Source: the human T2T-CHM13v2.0 reference genome, Homo sapiens. Taken from it: a DNA stretch of 64,000 nt. The DNA is taken from NCBI RefSeq assembly GCF_009914755.1, contig NC_060926.1; one strand, 5' to 3'. Both the position numbers and the translations under genes were made by a program. Below the pieces are notes generated by a model. That model had not been told where the DNA came from and made no database searches. It saw only the letters and a program-made list of their open reading frames with translations. This document shows, piece by piece, positions 1-12,468 of this stretch. Each line of letters starts with the position of its first letter. Position 1 is the first letter of the stretch.

Positions 1-374
1 ACCCTCACAGCATTATAAGAAATTAGAAAGGAGAAATATTGTTACATTTTTATTTTCATACAAGGAAATTGAACTATGGAGATTTAATATTTTATCCCAG
101 ATGACATAAGGTTAGACTTTGATTTATAATCCATATTGTGAGTCCTTTTTTAAATAATAAATTATACATTTTCCTGAAATATATATATATAAGCTCAACT
201 TTCTGCAAAGTCACATCCTCATTTGATTTGATTTGCCATTCAGACTGTGCTAACTGCTGATCTAGCTTAATTGTATTTTCTCAGGACACCATATTCGCAA
301 AATATTCTAAATATTTGTTTCATTGTGTTATTTACTTCACCTTCTGAAGATGCTTTGTTGTGCCAAGCTTGATC

Positions 375-752
375 CATCAGGATGGAATTGGTAATGTTGC
401 AGAAACAAACAGAACAGATTACTTCAAAGTCTCGGTGGTTGAAAGCCACAGGGTCTCTCACTATTCATGTCTATCTTGGGTTGGCTGGAGACTCTGTGCC
501 AAGTCCTCATCACTCCAGGACCTGGGCTGATTGAGCAGCCAGGAATATTGCTGGTCCTTGTGGCATAAGGAAAGAAAGAGTAGGTCAAATTATGCTGCAG
601 CTCTTAAAGCTTCCACCTAGAGGCTTCACACTACATTTCTGCTCACATTTTATTGGCTAAAACAAATTATAAGATCACACCAAACTTCAAAGTGTGGTAA
701 AGTGTTCAGGAACAGAACCTGAAATATTTGGAGAATAGCCTGATGAATACAA
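375..752 (-). mobile_element. Old MaLR solo LTR (MLT1K/J/L-like)
   Basis: MLT1-type blocks such as CTCTTAAAGCTTCCACCTAGA, TTTCTGCTCACATTTTATTGGC and GAAATATTTGGAGAATAGC. Subfamily and boundaries approximate. Confidence 0.6.
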
Positions 753-2524
753 GATATGCTCAGAAATCAGCTTTCATAAATGAGAAAATGTAAAGTACAT
801 ACAGTATGGTGTAGTTTAAGGTGAAATTCTCTCAAGGCAAGAAGATGTAATGAGAAGACTTCATATAGGCACTTGGAGCCACAGTTCTAAGAATTACTCG
901 GTAATATTGGGTTATTTAAATCTGTGTGTCTTTATTGTGTTGCAAATGCCAAGTTTGTTATGTGATTAAAGCATTCAGTCACTTTAATTTTAACAGCACT
1001 TATTTGCAGTAATGGGAAAAATAGCTAGTGTACGTACAGTCCTAACTGAACAGTTCAGATTGTTCTGTGTCTAGTCTCCTTTGTCTCTAATATCCTCAAT
1101 ATCGTCTAAGGAAAAAAATATCTTTTCTCTGCCTGGAGGAACCTGGCACAAGGGAGTTAATGTTGCAAGCTCTGCCTATAAGAACAACTGAGATACCATT
1201 GTGATTAAATTGCCTGGACTATTCAATTTCAAAGATCAGTTCTTTATAGGATTTGGCTGCTTGATTAGGTTGACACTGATACATTTAGTTGTGGCAAGTG
1301 AACCAAGTCAAGCCATTAGCCAAATCCTGTGTGTACCAAGATAAATACTTTTCACAAGAATCTCTTAGAAAATTAAAACCATAATATATTCATGTTATCT
1401 CAATTTGTCATAGAATTTGTATACATTATTTGTATCATACAACATATGTACTTGATTACATACCACATTTTTTCCTCATTGATAAGAATTATCTCTTCCC
1501 AAATATGAATTAATTAGATCAAGGGCAGGGTTGATTCTCTATCTTGTCAATCCTTTACTAAAGAGAACATTCTGGGCCATAGTAATTATTTTTTTCTACT
1601 TGATAGTGAACTATCTCAACCAAGTCTGAGTTTGAGTTCCCGTTCTACTTCTGACTATAAAATGAAGTCTTTTCCTAGGTGATCTTGAATAGCTCATCTA
1701 CATCCAAAATACAGTACACCAGTGAATTAGTGAATTATATTTTAATTAAGGAAACTGGCTGACACCGAAATGATTTTCCTGGTGGATGTAATATAATTTA
1801 ATAAGTTTTTGTGCTACAAAAAAGTGAGTTTTAAGGAATCCAGTAAAACTTTTTTGTCAATTAATTGTTTGAACATTGTGTGACTTCTAAATCAGCTACA
1901 TTTCAGTTATCATATTGTGGATCTAAATGAGATATTTTGTTTGCAATACATTAGCATCATTTATAATATTTAACATTATTTTGTCGATGTTGATGGAGTT
2001 TTATAAAAAGCAGTAAGATATTTTCTACTGGTAGACAGTACTTTCAAAACCATCTCTTAATAATTCAGAATTCTAAAAAGAAGAGGTAATAACCTAGGCA
2101 CTTTTTAACTATCATGTCTCAGGCCTCACAGAGACCTAAACAAGGTTGGAAGCATCTTTATGAGAGTATGCAACTTCTTTTCATGAATGGTATTTCCAAG
2201 AAAATGTATACATTCACCAAGGCAAGCTGGTAACTCTATTGCATTTGATTTACATTTTCACATGCTGATGGATTGAGATTTTAAGTAAGCGTTTAACACT
2301 GTCAGTTCCTTTCTTCATAACAATGGCAAAGTATTGATCTAACTTCTCAAATTGTCTTTCTTGGACTAAGGTTAAAATAATTTTGCAATTTTTTCTTCAC
2401 CTTTCCCAAACAAATATGCCCTTTAAACTAATCTGATTGAAGTCATTGGATACTTTTTAGTATAGTGCATTTTTACTAGATAAATAGAAAAACAATTATA
2501 TTCTCATAGTACTAAAATATATAA

Positions 2525-3895
2525 GCTAGAAAACGGGATATCCATGTGCAGAAGAATGAAACTAGACCTCTATCCCTCACCATTTACAAAAATCAAATCA
2601 ATTAAAGACTTAAATATAGGACCTGAAACTATAAAACTACTAAAAGAAAACTTTGGGAAAATGCTCCAGGACATTGGTCTGTTCACAGATTTCTTGAATG
2701 AGACCTCAAAAGCATAGGCCACAAAGGCAAAAATGGACAAATGGGATCACATCCAGCTAAAAAGTTTCTGCACAGTAAAGGAAACACTCAACAAAATGAA
2801 GAGACAACCTACAGAACGAGAGAAAATATTTGCAAACTATTCATTCAATAAGGGATTAATAACCAGAATATAAAAGGAACTCCAATAGCAAAAACAAATA
2901 ATCCAGTTGAAAAATAGGCAAAACATCCGAATAGACATTTTTTAAAAGAAGACATACAAATGGCCAACAGATGTATAAAAAAATGCTCACCACTAATCAT
3001 CAGAGGAAATGCAAATCAAAACCACAATGAGATATTATATCACCCCAGTTAAAATGGCTATTATCAAAAAGGTAGAAACTAACAAACTCTAGTGAGGATA
3101 TGGAAAAAGAAGAATGCTCGTACACAGTTGGTAGGAATGCAAATTAGTACAGCCACTATGAAAAACAGTATGGAGATTTCTCAAAAGACTAAAAATAGAA
3201 CTACCATATGATTCAGCAATTTCACTGCTGGGTATGTAACCAAAAGAAAGGGAATCAATATATCAAAGTATCAGCACTGCAATGTTTATTGCAGCAATAA
3301 TCACAATAGCCAAGATATGGAATCCACCTAAGTGCCCATCAACAGATGGCTGGATAAAGAAAATATGTATATACACAATGGAATATTATTTGTCCATGAA
3401 GAGAATGAAATTGACATCCTATCATTTGCAGCAATATGGATGGAAATAGAGGAGATTATGTTACATGAAATAAGCCAGACACAGAAAGACAAATACTGTG
3501 TGTTCTTACTCATATGTGGGAGATTTGAAAAACAATATGGATCTCATGGAAGTAGTGAAGAGAATGGTGGTTCCAGAGGCTGGAAAGGGTAGTAGGGAGG
3601 GAAGAGGAAAGACAGGTTGATTAATGGGTACAAAAATACAGTTAGATAGAAAGAATAAGATCTAGCATTCAATAGCACAATAGGGCAACTATAGATAACA
3701 ATAATTGTTGTACATTTCTAAAAAGTATGAGTTGTAATGTTCCCAACACAAAGAAAAGATACATGCTTGTGGTGATGGATAGCCCAGTTACCCCGATTTG
3801 ATCATTACACATTGCATGCTTGTATCAAAATATCACATGTACCCCATAAATATATACAACTATTATGTATCCATAAAAGTTGAAAAAGGAAAAAA
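2525..3895 (+). mobile_element. 5'-truncated L1MA (L1MA3-5-like): end of ORF2 plus 3' UTR
   Basis: Degenerate ORF2 C-terminal coding sequence (ORF 3332-3592: PINRWLDKENMYIHNGIL...SFAAIWMEIEEIMLHEISQTQKDKY), an L1MA-type 3' UTR (ATCACATGTACCCCATAAATATATACAAC) and an A-rich end. Confidence 0.9.
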
Positions 3896-6500
3896 CATTA
3901 AATAAACTTTAAAAAGCAGGTTTTTAAATATTGAGAAAATCACAACATGCTATTTTAACTCACAAGATTCTCCCGGATCTTAGCTTGTTTAGTATTGAAA
4001 AAAAAAAAATCTGTTTCCTTTTTGGTACTATGTTTCATTATTCGAGCACAGTGTCAGTAGATAGAACATAAGCTGTCCAGTGAGATGTTGGCTATTATTT
4101 TATATAGCAGGAAAATATAAGTAAATTAATCTAGGTTATTTTCTCAGGATTAATATAATCAATATTTCCTACTTTTATGTCCTTCAAAACTAGATCTTAA
4201 CAGGAGAAAAACGTGTTTGTACTTGACTGTTGAAGGGGAAAAATGCACATAAGGTAATATTCTGGGAGAGGTTGTATTAATGAGTCCACCTTATTCGGAG
4301 AACTGTGCTTACACATACATCCGTTATGCTAACTCAGAGGCTTCAGTCTTTGGGGATTAGAAATATAGACTGAAAAGTCCTTTCATTCCAAGTCTCTGGG
4401 CTTCAATTCTATTTGGTAGATCATTAAATAAATACCACTGGTTGTAACATCGATAGGGATAGTATTAATGCATCCTATTCAGTCCATCTTTATCTGTAAT
4501 AGGATTTTTTTTGAGCATCTACTATGTATAATGAATATGGTTTACAAAATTACAAAGTTTGGTGTATTCTCTACTGATAATTCTGTAATGACTACTTCAC
4601 CCCTAATTCTATATGCATACTGATAACTAAAATAGAACACTAAAGTATCCCTAGGCCAAGTAATAAGATGGTCCAAGCAATGTATTCTGCATATAAACTG
4701 TAGTGTAAAATACTTTTTGGTAGAAAAAACTGCTTTTTTGGTAGCAATGAGGTTTAGATGTGTGAGTGTTGCCGTGAAATATTATGTAGATGGGAACAGA
4801 GATTCTGTGGTATATTTTATGGAAATGAGTTTCTTAAACATTAGTGGGACTTCTGCAGTTAGAAATTAGAATATTTAAGTGGCAGGTCAACCTTGTACAT
4901 AGTCACATTTGATCATATTCTGTTGCCAAAAACTATAAGTGTTAAGTGTGTGGTAAAACTTATCCATTCGAATATGAGATAGGTATAAGAATATGCAAGT
5001 ATTAATATTCCTCACTATGAATTTTCCTTTGGGGTATACTCTGGCATGAAAATAATTTTCCTGAAAAATAAATGTCACTGTTGCTTAGTCCTGTTGAATT
5101 TCAAAATTATTTTATGCTCATTGAATTTATAACCTTGACTTTCATAGAGATCCTCTGGGTTTACTTCTTATCATAGGGAAAGAAAAAAAAAGTATTGCTA
5201 CAGGCTTGCTAATTAAAATCCTTCAGTATGCAAGTGTAGATGAGAATGATTTAAAATCTCAATTAAAAGGGCATCTACTTCAAATTCTGCTTTAACATAG
5301 GGTCTACATAGACATTCAAACATTTAAAGTTTATCTGAAACCTCCTGGAATTTCAGATTTGCATATGTGAAGTATGCATGCCATGAGAGTTAATCCCACC
5401 TAATTTCTAGTTTTCCTCTTTCTATTTGGTAGCAAATGAAAGCATTTTGTGACTCAGTTTCTCTATAAAATGAAGTAATGTTGTGACTTCCTTTTAATCC
5501 TTTATTTAGCTTTTACTGTGTATCTAATAGTGAATTAGTAATCAAAACTCCTTAGAAATGACTGTAAAATTAAAATTATGTTAGAGGATTAGTCTTTTAC
5601 GAGTGTCTATTGGAGCATTTTTTTTTCAATTCCAGAAGGATCTTTTCTGATGACTTAGATTTTAGTGTATTCTCTCTTGTCAATGACTAGTATTAGGGGA
5701 ATTTAAATTCATTATAATATTAATCTGAAAGAAATATAAATATGAAATGGAGAGAGAGAAAAAAAGAAAGAAAGAAAGAGAAAGAGAATCAAGGAAACAA
5801 GGTTCTGAAAGAGCCTGTAGACCAGGGGAGAAATCAGGTGGAAATGAAGAATGTTCCTTATATAGGAAAATGCAGAAAATGGACACTTTTTTCATGTTAA
5901 TATGAAGAGAGAAGAAAAAAATATGAGAATGCATACAGACACATTCATAGGAAACTGAAGGAGTCTCATCCATTTCTTGCTATTTTTTTCTGTAAAGGAA
6001 GATGTGAGGAAGATGTGAGGTCTTAGAAGTTTGAAAATAGGTGGAGGCTTGAAAGAGCTGTCTGTGGAATCAGAGTGAGAAGAAAACGCAGAAGAATGAC
6101 CAAGCAGTGTGAGAAACTGGTTGAAGATAGAGTACTTATTAAAGTGTCTCCAGTGTGGTATCAGCATTTTCTTCATCTCTGCTTGGCAGCCCTGTTTTAA
6201 GAACAGAAAAGGAAGACAATTGGACCAAACTAAGTCTGAAGTTTTTCCAGCCTGGGATGGCAGAACACTGGGACGAGGCCATCAACCAAATTGGCAAGAG
6301 AGTGGTTAAAGTAATGAAGCAGGGAGGCTAAGCTGGTTAGGAAAATAACTCATTTTTGCACGAGCAAAGGCTCGTGGAGAAGATGGAGTAGTCTGTGTAG
6401 ACAGAATTTAAGATAGAAGAGACGGGAGGGTGGGGGGAACAATAAGTTTGGTAGGCAGTCCTCAGAATCATCTGAATGTGTTTAAAAACTACCCTTTCCT

Positions 6501-6882
<382 letters not shown>

Positions 6883-7317
6883 TTAGATTTTACAGACAAG
6901 GTTGAAAACCATTGCTTAGAGTCTTTTATAAAGAATTTTTGTTTGTTTGTTTGTTTTATTTTTGTAAAGTGTGTTGACTTTTTATTATAAAGGCAATGGG
7001 GAGTTAGCAGAGGTTTCAAAAAAGGAGTAATAAAAGTTATTTTGTATTTTAGAAAATGATCTTTTTTCCCCCCCTCAAAGTAATTGACAGATACCAAAAC
7101 AGAACAATTAAGAAAAAGAAAGGCAGGCTTGTGGAGAGAATATGGCATTATTCTGGGCCAGAAATGGTGAGATCTTGAACTAGGGCCTGACAAAGGAGTT
7201 GTGGAATAGGGGACTTATTTATTTGTTTTAATATAAGGATTTGTGACACATTTTAATGTTTGTGTAGAATGATGAAGGAGGGTCTAAGATAACTGGAGAT
7301 ATTTATTTTGGATAACT

Positions 7318-7951
7318 TCTTAGCTTTTCCATTGTTGCATAAAAAAATACCACAGACTTCACATCTCAAAACAACCTTTATTATCTCACAGTTTGCATGG
7401 GGCAGAAATTCAGACAGCTTCTCTGGATTCTCTGCTTGAGGGCTTCACTTGGTTAAAATCAAGGTGTAGGCTAGGGTTGAGATCTCAGCAGAGGCTTGGC
7501 TGGGGAAAGCTCCTCTTCTGAACTCCCTCATGTTTTTGGCAGAATTTATCCCCATGCACCTGTGGGCCTGAAGGCCCTGTGTTCTGCTAGCTGACAGCAA
7601 GGGGCTGCCCTCAGATTCTAGAGGCTGCTTGCAGTTTCCTGTCATGTGACCATGCCATCAGCATTTCACAGCATGGCTATTTTCTTTTTCAAGGCCAGCA
7701 GGAGAATCTCTCTCTCTCTACACAAAAGGACCCAGTCCTCTTTTAAGGCTTTTCACCCAATTAAGCCAGGCCCACCCAGTATATCTCAAACTGATTAACT
7801 GATGTGGCATATTAATCATATCTGTAAATTCCCTTCACATTTGCCATATACCATAACCTAATAATGGGAGGGACATTCTGTCACATTCACAGTTCCTTCC
7901 CACACTCAAGCAGAAGAGATTATACAGGCATGTACAACAGGATACAGGAAT
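7318..7951 (-). mobile_element. MaLR solo LTR (MLT1E-like)
   Basis: MLT1E-type blocks: TTTATTATCTCACAGTTT, AAATCAAGGTGT, TTCAAGGCCAGCAGGAGAATCTC, TTCCCACACTCAAG. Confidence 0.75.
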
Positions 7952-8814
7952 CAGATGATGTTGCAGTTAATCGGGAAAGGAACACAAGAGAAGTATAATT
8001 TTTTAGGAAATTGATGGCCTCAGTTTTAGACATGTTGAATTTTCAGTAAATCGGGCATCAAATTAGAGTGGTTCAGTAGATGGTATAGAATTTAGTGGAG
8101 AGATCTACATTAGAAGTATATATTTGGTAGTGATTATTAGAGGTGATAGTTAAAACAGTGAGATTATCCAGAGAAAGACCGTTGCAAGAAGTGGGCTGAA
8201 GACACAAGCAAGGCCAGGTAGAGCTAGAACTTCCAAAGCTGTACTTCAACCCACATCTCTTGATTTCAGTGCAATATCTCATTTTACAACTTTTTGCTAT
8301 TCTTCTACTGTCTTCTTTCAATAATATCCCACTCTTCCTAATCTGTGGTCCACTGTCTGTCCTCTTCCCATCCCCAAGTCACATTACAGAATAAACATCT
8401 TTTTAAGTGAAAGCCTTGCAGATCATAGACCCTTAAGAAGGATGGACTCTTTTATAATCCCTCTTCTAGACAGTGAATCGTAGGAGGGAAACACAAGGCC
8501 TAGTGAGGGGAGATGGCTCCATCTTTAGCCCTGAGCTACCTCATTCCTTCTTATCAGAAACCAGGACTAACTGTGCACTTTTTCCTGTTCCTTTCATCCC
8601 AAAATTGCCTACAAAGTGAACAGAGTGGCACAAATTTGAATGCAGATGTCATATTTATTTCTTAAAATTTTGGTCTGTTTATCTGAGAACAAAATTATTG
8701 AAGCCACTACAGCAATATTGTTGAAAAAATCCAAACTGTGATCATGGAAATAGAAAGTGAATTTGATCAGTACATTTTAATCAGACTTTCTTCTCTTAAA
8801 TCTTTTTCTGTCAG

Positions 8815-8993
8815 GTTACATTCAAGAAAAATGTGTCATTCCCTGCCCATTTGATTGCAAGTTAAGCGATTGGTCTAGTTGGGGGTCTTGCAGTTCATCT
8901 TGTGGAATTGGAGTGAGAATTCGATCCAAATGGCTAAAAGAAAAACCTTACAATGGAGGACGACCATGTCCCAAACTGGATCTCAAGAATCAG
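8815..8993 (+). CDS. THSD7B: Internal coding exon (179 nt, phase 1 in, phase 0 out) of thrombospondin type-1 domain-containing protein 7B
   Basis: Polypyrimidine tract and acceptor TCTTTTTCTGTCAG|G at 8814/8815; donor CAG|GTAAAG at 8993/8994. Translation (G)YIQEKCVIPCPFDCKLSDWSSWGSCSSSCGIGVRIRSKWLKEKPYNGGRPCPKLDLKNQ carries the TSP1 motifs WxxWxxC (C-mannosylation), CxxSCxxG (POFUT2 O-fucosylation) and RxR. It matches my recollection of THSD7B; the paralog THSD7A reads CPSDCKLSEWSNWSRCSKSC. Confidence 0.92.
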
Positions 8994-11149
8994 GTAAAGT
9001 GCATGAAGCAACAAATAAAAAGCTAAAAAAGCTATCCTCATTATTATTTCCCATTGAAATTGAAGTCATTCTCTTATTACAAGGAGCTCATTAAAAGTTA
9101 TCACAATGTCAGAAGAAGGATTAAGAGGGCCAAAATTAAAATAATAGAATTAGTAATTGAAGCTTTGCTCACACCTGGATAATGCTGAGACAAACTTGGT
9201 ATCCTTAGTAGTAATAATATTTACAAAATCAAATCAAATTGATTTTAAAATAATCTTAAGCTATAATTTTGATATTTTAAAAGTTGGATATATATATGTG
9301 TGTATATATATATGTCTAAATATATACATATATTTAAATATAAGTAATAATGTTGGGAGAGTATCACTTATGTCATGGCAATATGATTAGTGGTCTTATC
9401 CATCAAGTCCAAAAATGGTGTTCTATTTTTGTTTCACCTAACACTTTATCCTAATGTTTTTCATTCTCAATCTTGCCAAATCTTCCACAACTCTATAAAT
9501 CTCTTTTGAACTACTTCTTTACCTGCTTTCTCAAAAATCATAGATATTTTCATAAATAAAACCATGATAGATCCCTTTCCATATACATGTCTAATGAAAT
9601 TGCCATCCTAAGCAATCAAAGTTGATTAGAGTATTTCAGTTGCCTTTGTATATATAACAGAGTCTAAGATTTCATTAAGAATTATAATAAAGAACTCAAA
9701 TTTCTCCCATGATTGTGTACTGATTATTAGATTAGGACTGATATTACATTAATCAGTTGACTAGGTTGAGTACAAGATGATTTTGATTAAAAGTTTTTTT
9801 TATTTTTAGACAGGTGAAGTGTGTCTCATATGAGTTGGTAGATCCTCTGTAATTGGGAAACTTAACAGAATAGCTACACATGCTTCTATTACTAATTCTA
9901 GTATATGAATTTCTATCCTCTCAATTCCATTCAGCCTCTATACATGCTGTTTAATGTAAGGAAAATCTCATATGTCCTTTCTTAATTATAATAGCATGTT
10001 TAATACTGCTCAGACTTGAATATCATGTATCAATTCAAGACCAATCTCTTTAGCTATTTTTTTCTAAGTTTTTATAAAAGACATATAACTCACTGAAATT
10101 AAAAAAAAATTCAACAAGATATATTTAAGTTCTAAAACAGAGCATAGTTATTATGCTAGTCTTGATTTTTAAGGTTATGTGGTAAAATAATGACCATAGT
10201 TTATTCTCTTAAATAAGATATGAACCTTTTAGGGAAAATAAAGCAGAAGATTATAAAATCAATGTAAAAGTTGGAAAAAAAACCTCAAGATTTTGGTGAC
10301 AGGAGAATAAAATATGATTAATGAAAACTGGAGGGAAATAATTAAAGCAGAGATAGTCTGAAGAGATAATCCTTACAAAGAAAGAAATAATGCAGGTTTA
10401 TGTTCAGGAGGGAGACTTTTAGGGAAATACTCTGTATGGAGACTATTTGCCCATCCCTGGGGGAATTTTCTGGGCATTTAAAATGAAAAGAACTACTAAG
10501 CACTTATAGTTATAAATAATGTATGATAATTCTTTTTGTATCTTCCTCAAAACCGTCAATGAAAGCTAAGCCTTTATAACACCAGTGTTAAACACTCATT
10601 TTAATATGCTAATTTTATGAACTAGGAAATTATCAAGGGAATAAAAGGATTTTATTTGAACTCTGAGTTTAAGACTTTATTCTCAGTATGTGTAGGCAAA
10701 TGTATGGACATGTCTATAACATTTGAGAGTAAGAATAAGATAAAAATAACTCATTTTGTGAAGGGATGACATGACAGTATTTGGGTGCCTGTTGTGACTT
10801 AAAGGAAACTTGTTCTAAACAATTCATTAACATATAGCACTTATACCCTTGGGAAGTTGTACAAACTAGAAATTAAATCAAAGTTCAAGAATAATTACAT
10901 AAATTCAATAAGTAAAGGTAGGTCTGTCTGTAGAGGGTATTTCTAACTTTTGAGTTCCAGAAGGGAGTAGCAGCCTTCCAAAGACATTTTCTCTTTGGTT
11001 TTTCTTGATGCTCAAAAAAGAACCCTGTATAATGATCAGAAATATAATTTAGTTTGGCTTTTAGTTTGTTATAAAGAGATTTCAGATATCAAGTATGTAT
11101 GTGGCTAAATTAAGAACCTCACCCGAATCCATATGTTATATATTAAAAA

Positions 11150-11290
11150 AAAGTTTATTTATTGTAAGTTGACAATATGCGGGGTACAAAATGATGTGTA
11201 ATTTATGAATACAGTGTGGAAAAATTAAATCAGGCTAGTTAACATATCAATTACCTCAAATACTTTTTTTCTCTGCTGAGAACATTTGAA

Positions 11291-11321
<31 letters not shown>

Positions 11322-12230
11322 GAGACAGAGTCTCACTCTGTCTCCCAGGCCGGAGTGCAGTGGCATGATCTCGGCTCACTGCAAGCTCTGCCTCCTGGGT
11401 TCATGCCATTCTCCTGCCTCAGCCTCCCATGTAGCTGCGGCTACAGGCTTCTGCCACCACGCCCGGCTAATTTTTTGTATTTTTAGTAGAGACAGGGTTT
11501 CACTGTGTTAGCCATGATGGTCTCAATCTCCTGACCTCGTGCTCTGCCCGCCTCGGCCTCCCAAAGTGCTGGGATTACAGGCGTGAGCTACTGCACCTGG
11601 CTTGAAATTTACTTTCTTAGCAATTTTGAAATGTACAATACACTATTATTAACTACATTTACCATGCTATGCAATATATCTCAATTGAAAATAAAATGTA
11701 TTTCTCCTGAGATTTTGTGCCCTTTGAGCATCATCCCCCTTCCCTCCACTTCCAGCCTCGGATAACCGCCATTCTACTCAGTGTTTCTATAAACTTGATA
11801 GTTTTGGATTCCACATGTAAGTGAAAACATGCAGTATTTTGCTTTTTGTGCCTGGATTATTTCACTTATCATAAGGTTTTCCAGTTGCATCCATGTAGTC
11901 TCAAATAGCAGAGTTTCTTTCTTTTTAAGGTTGAATAGTATCCCATTGTGTATCTATATCACATTTTCTTCATCCACTCATCTATTGATGTACACTTAGG
12001 TTGATTCCATAACTTGGCTGTTGTAAATAGTGCTGTAATGAGTATGGGAGTGCAGACATCTCTTCAACATACTGATTTCAAATTTTTGTAGTAAATGCCC
12101 AGCAATGGGATTGCTGGATCATATAATGCTATTTTTAGTTTTTTGTAGAACTGCCATATAATTTTCCATAATGGCTTTACTAGTTTACATTTGCACCAAA
12201 TGTGTATAAGGAATCACTTTTCTCCACACA
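11150..12230 (-). mobile_element. 5'-truncated old L1MA (L1MA8-10-like) 3' end, interrupted by an AluY
   Basis: Antisense L1 3' UTR and ORF2 end (GATTCCACATGTAAGTGA, CACTTAGGTTGATTCCAT, GGGATTGCTGGATCATAT). The sequence is continuous across the Alu TSD. Confidence 0.85.
11300..11601 (-). mobile_element. AluY
   Basis: Poly-T followed by an antisense Alu with Y diagnostics (GCAAGCTC, GCCATTCTCC, GTGTTAGCC). TSD TTGAAATTTACTTT at 11286-11299 and 11602-11615. Confidence 0.95.
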
Positions 12231-12362
12231 TACTTTATATCTTACCATGAGTTAATTGATCAGGACAATAAGTCCTTTCTCTCACTCATAAGTTTTTGAA
12301 TGGCAAGGGCAAATAATATAGTGAAAAATCCTAAATTTAAAAGAAATTCTCTTCAGAGCCAT

Positions 12363-12374
12363 TCTATCTATCTA

Positions 12375-12455
<81 letters not shown>

Positions 12456-12468
12456 GTGTGTGTGTGTG
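12363..12468. repeat. Compound microsatellite [TCTA]3[TCTG]9[TCTA]11[TG]7
   Basis: Counted directly from the sequence. Confidence 0.95.

Noticed and set aside
8879-9094. 71-aa ORF overlapping the exon
   Set aside because: It is an alternative frame of the THSD7B exon running into the intron, with a TTG start and no recognisable product.
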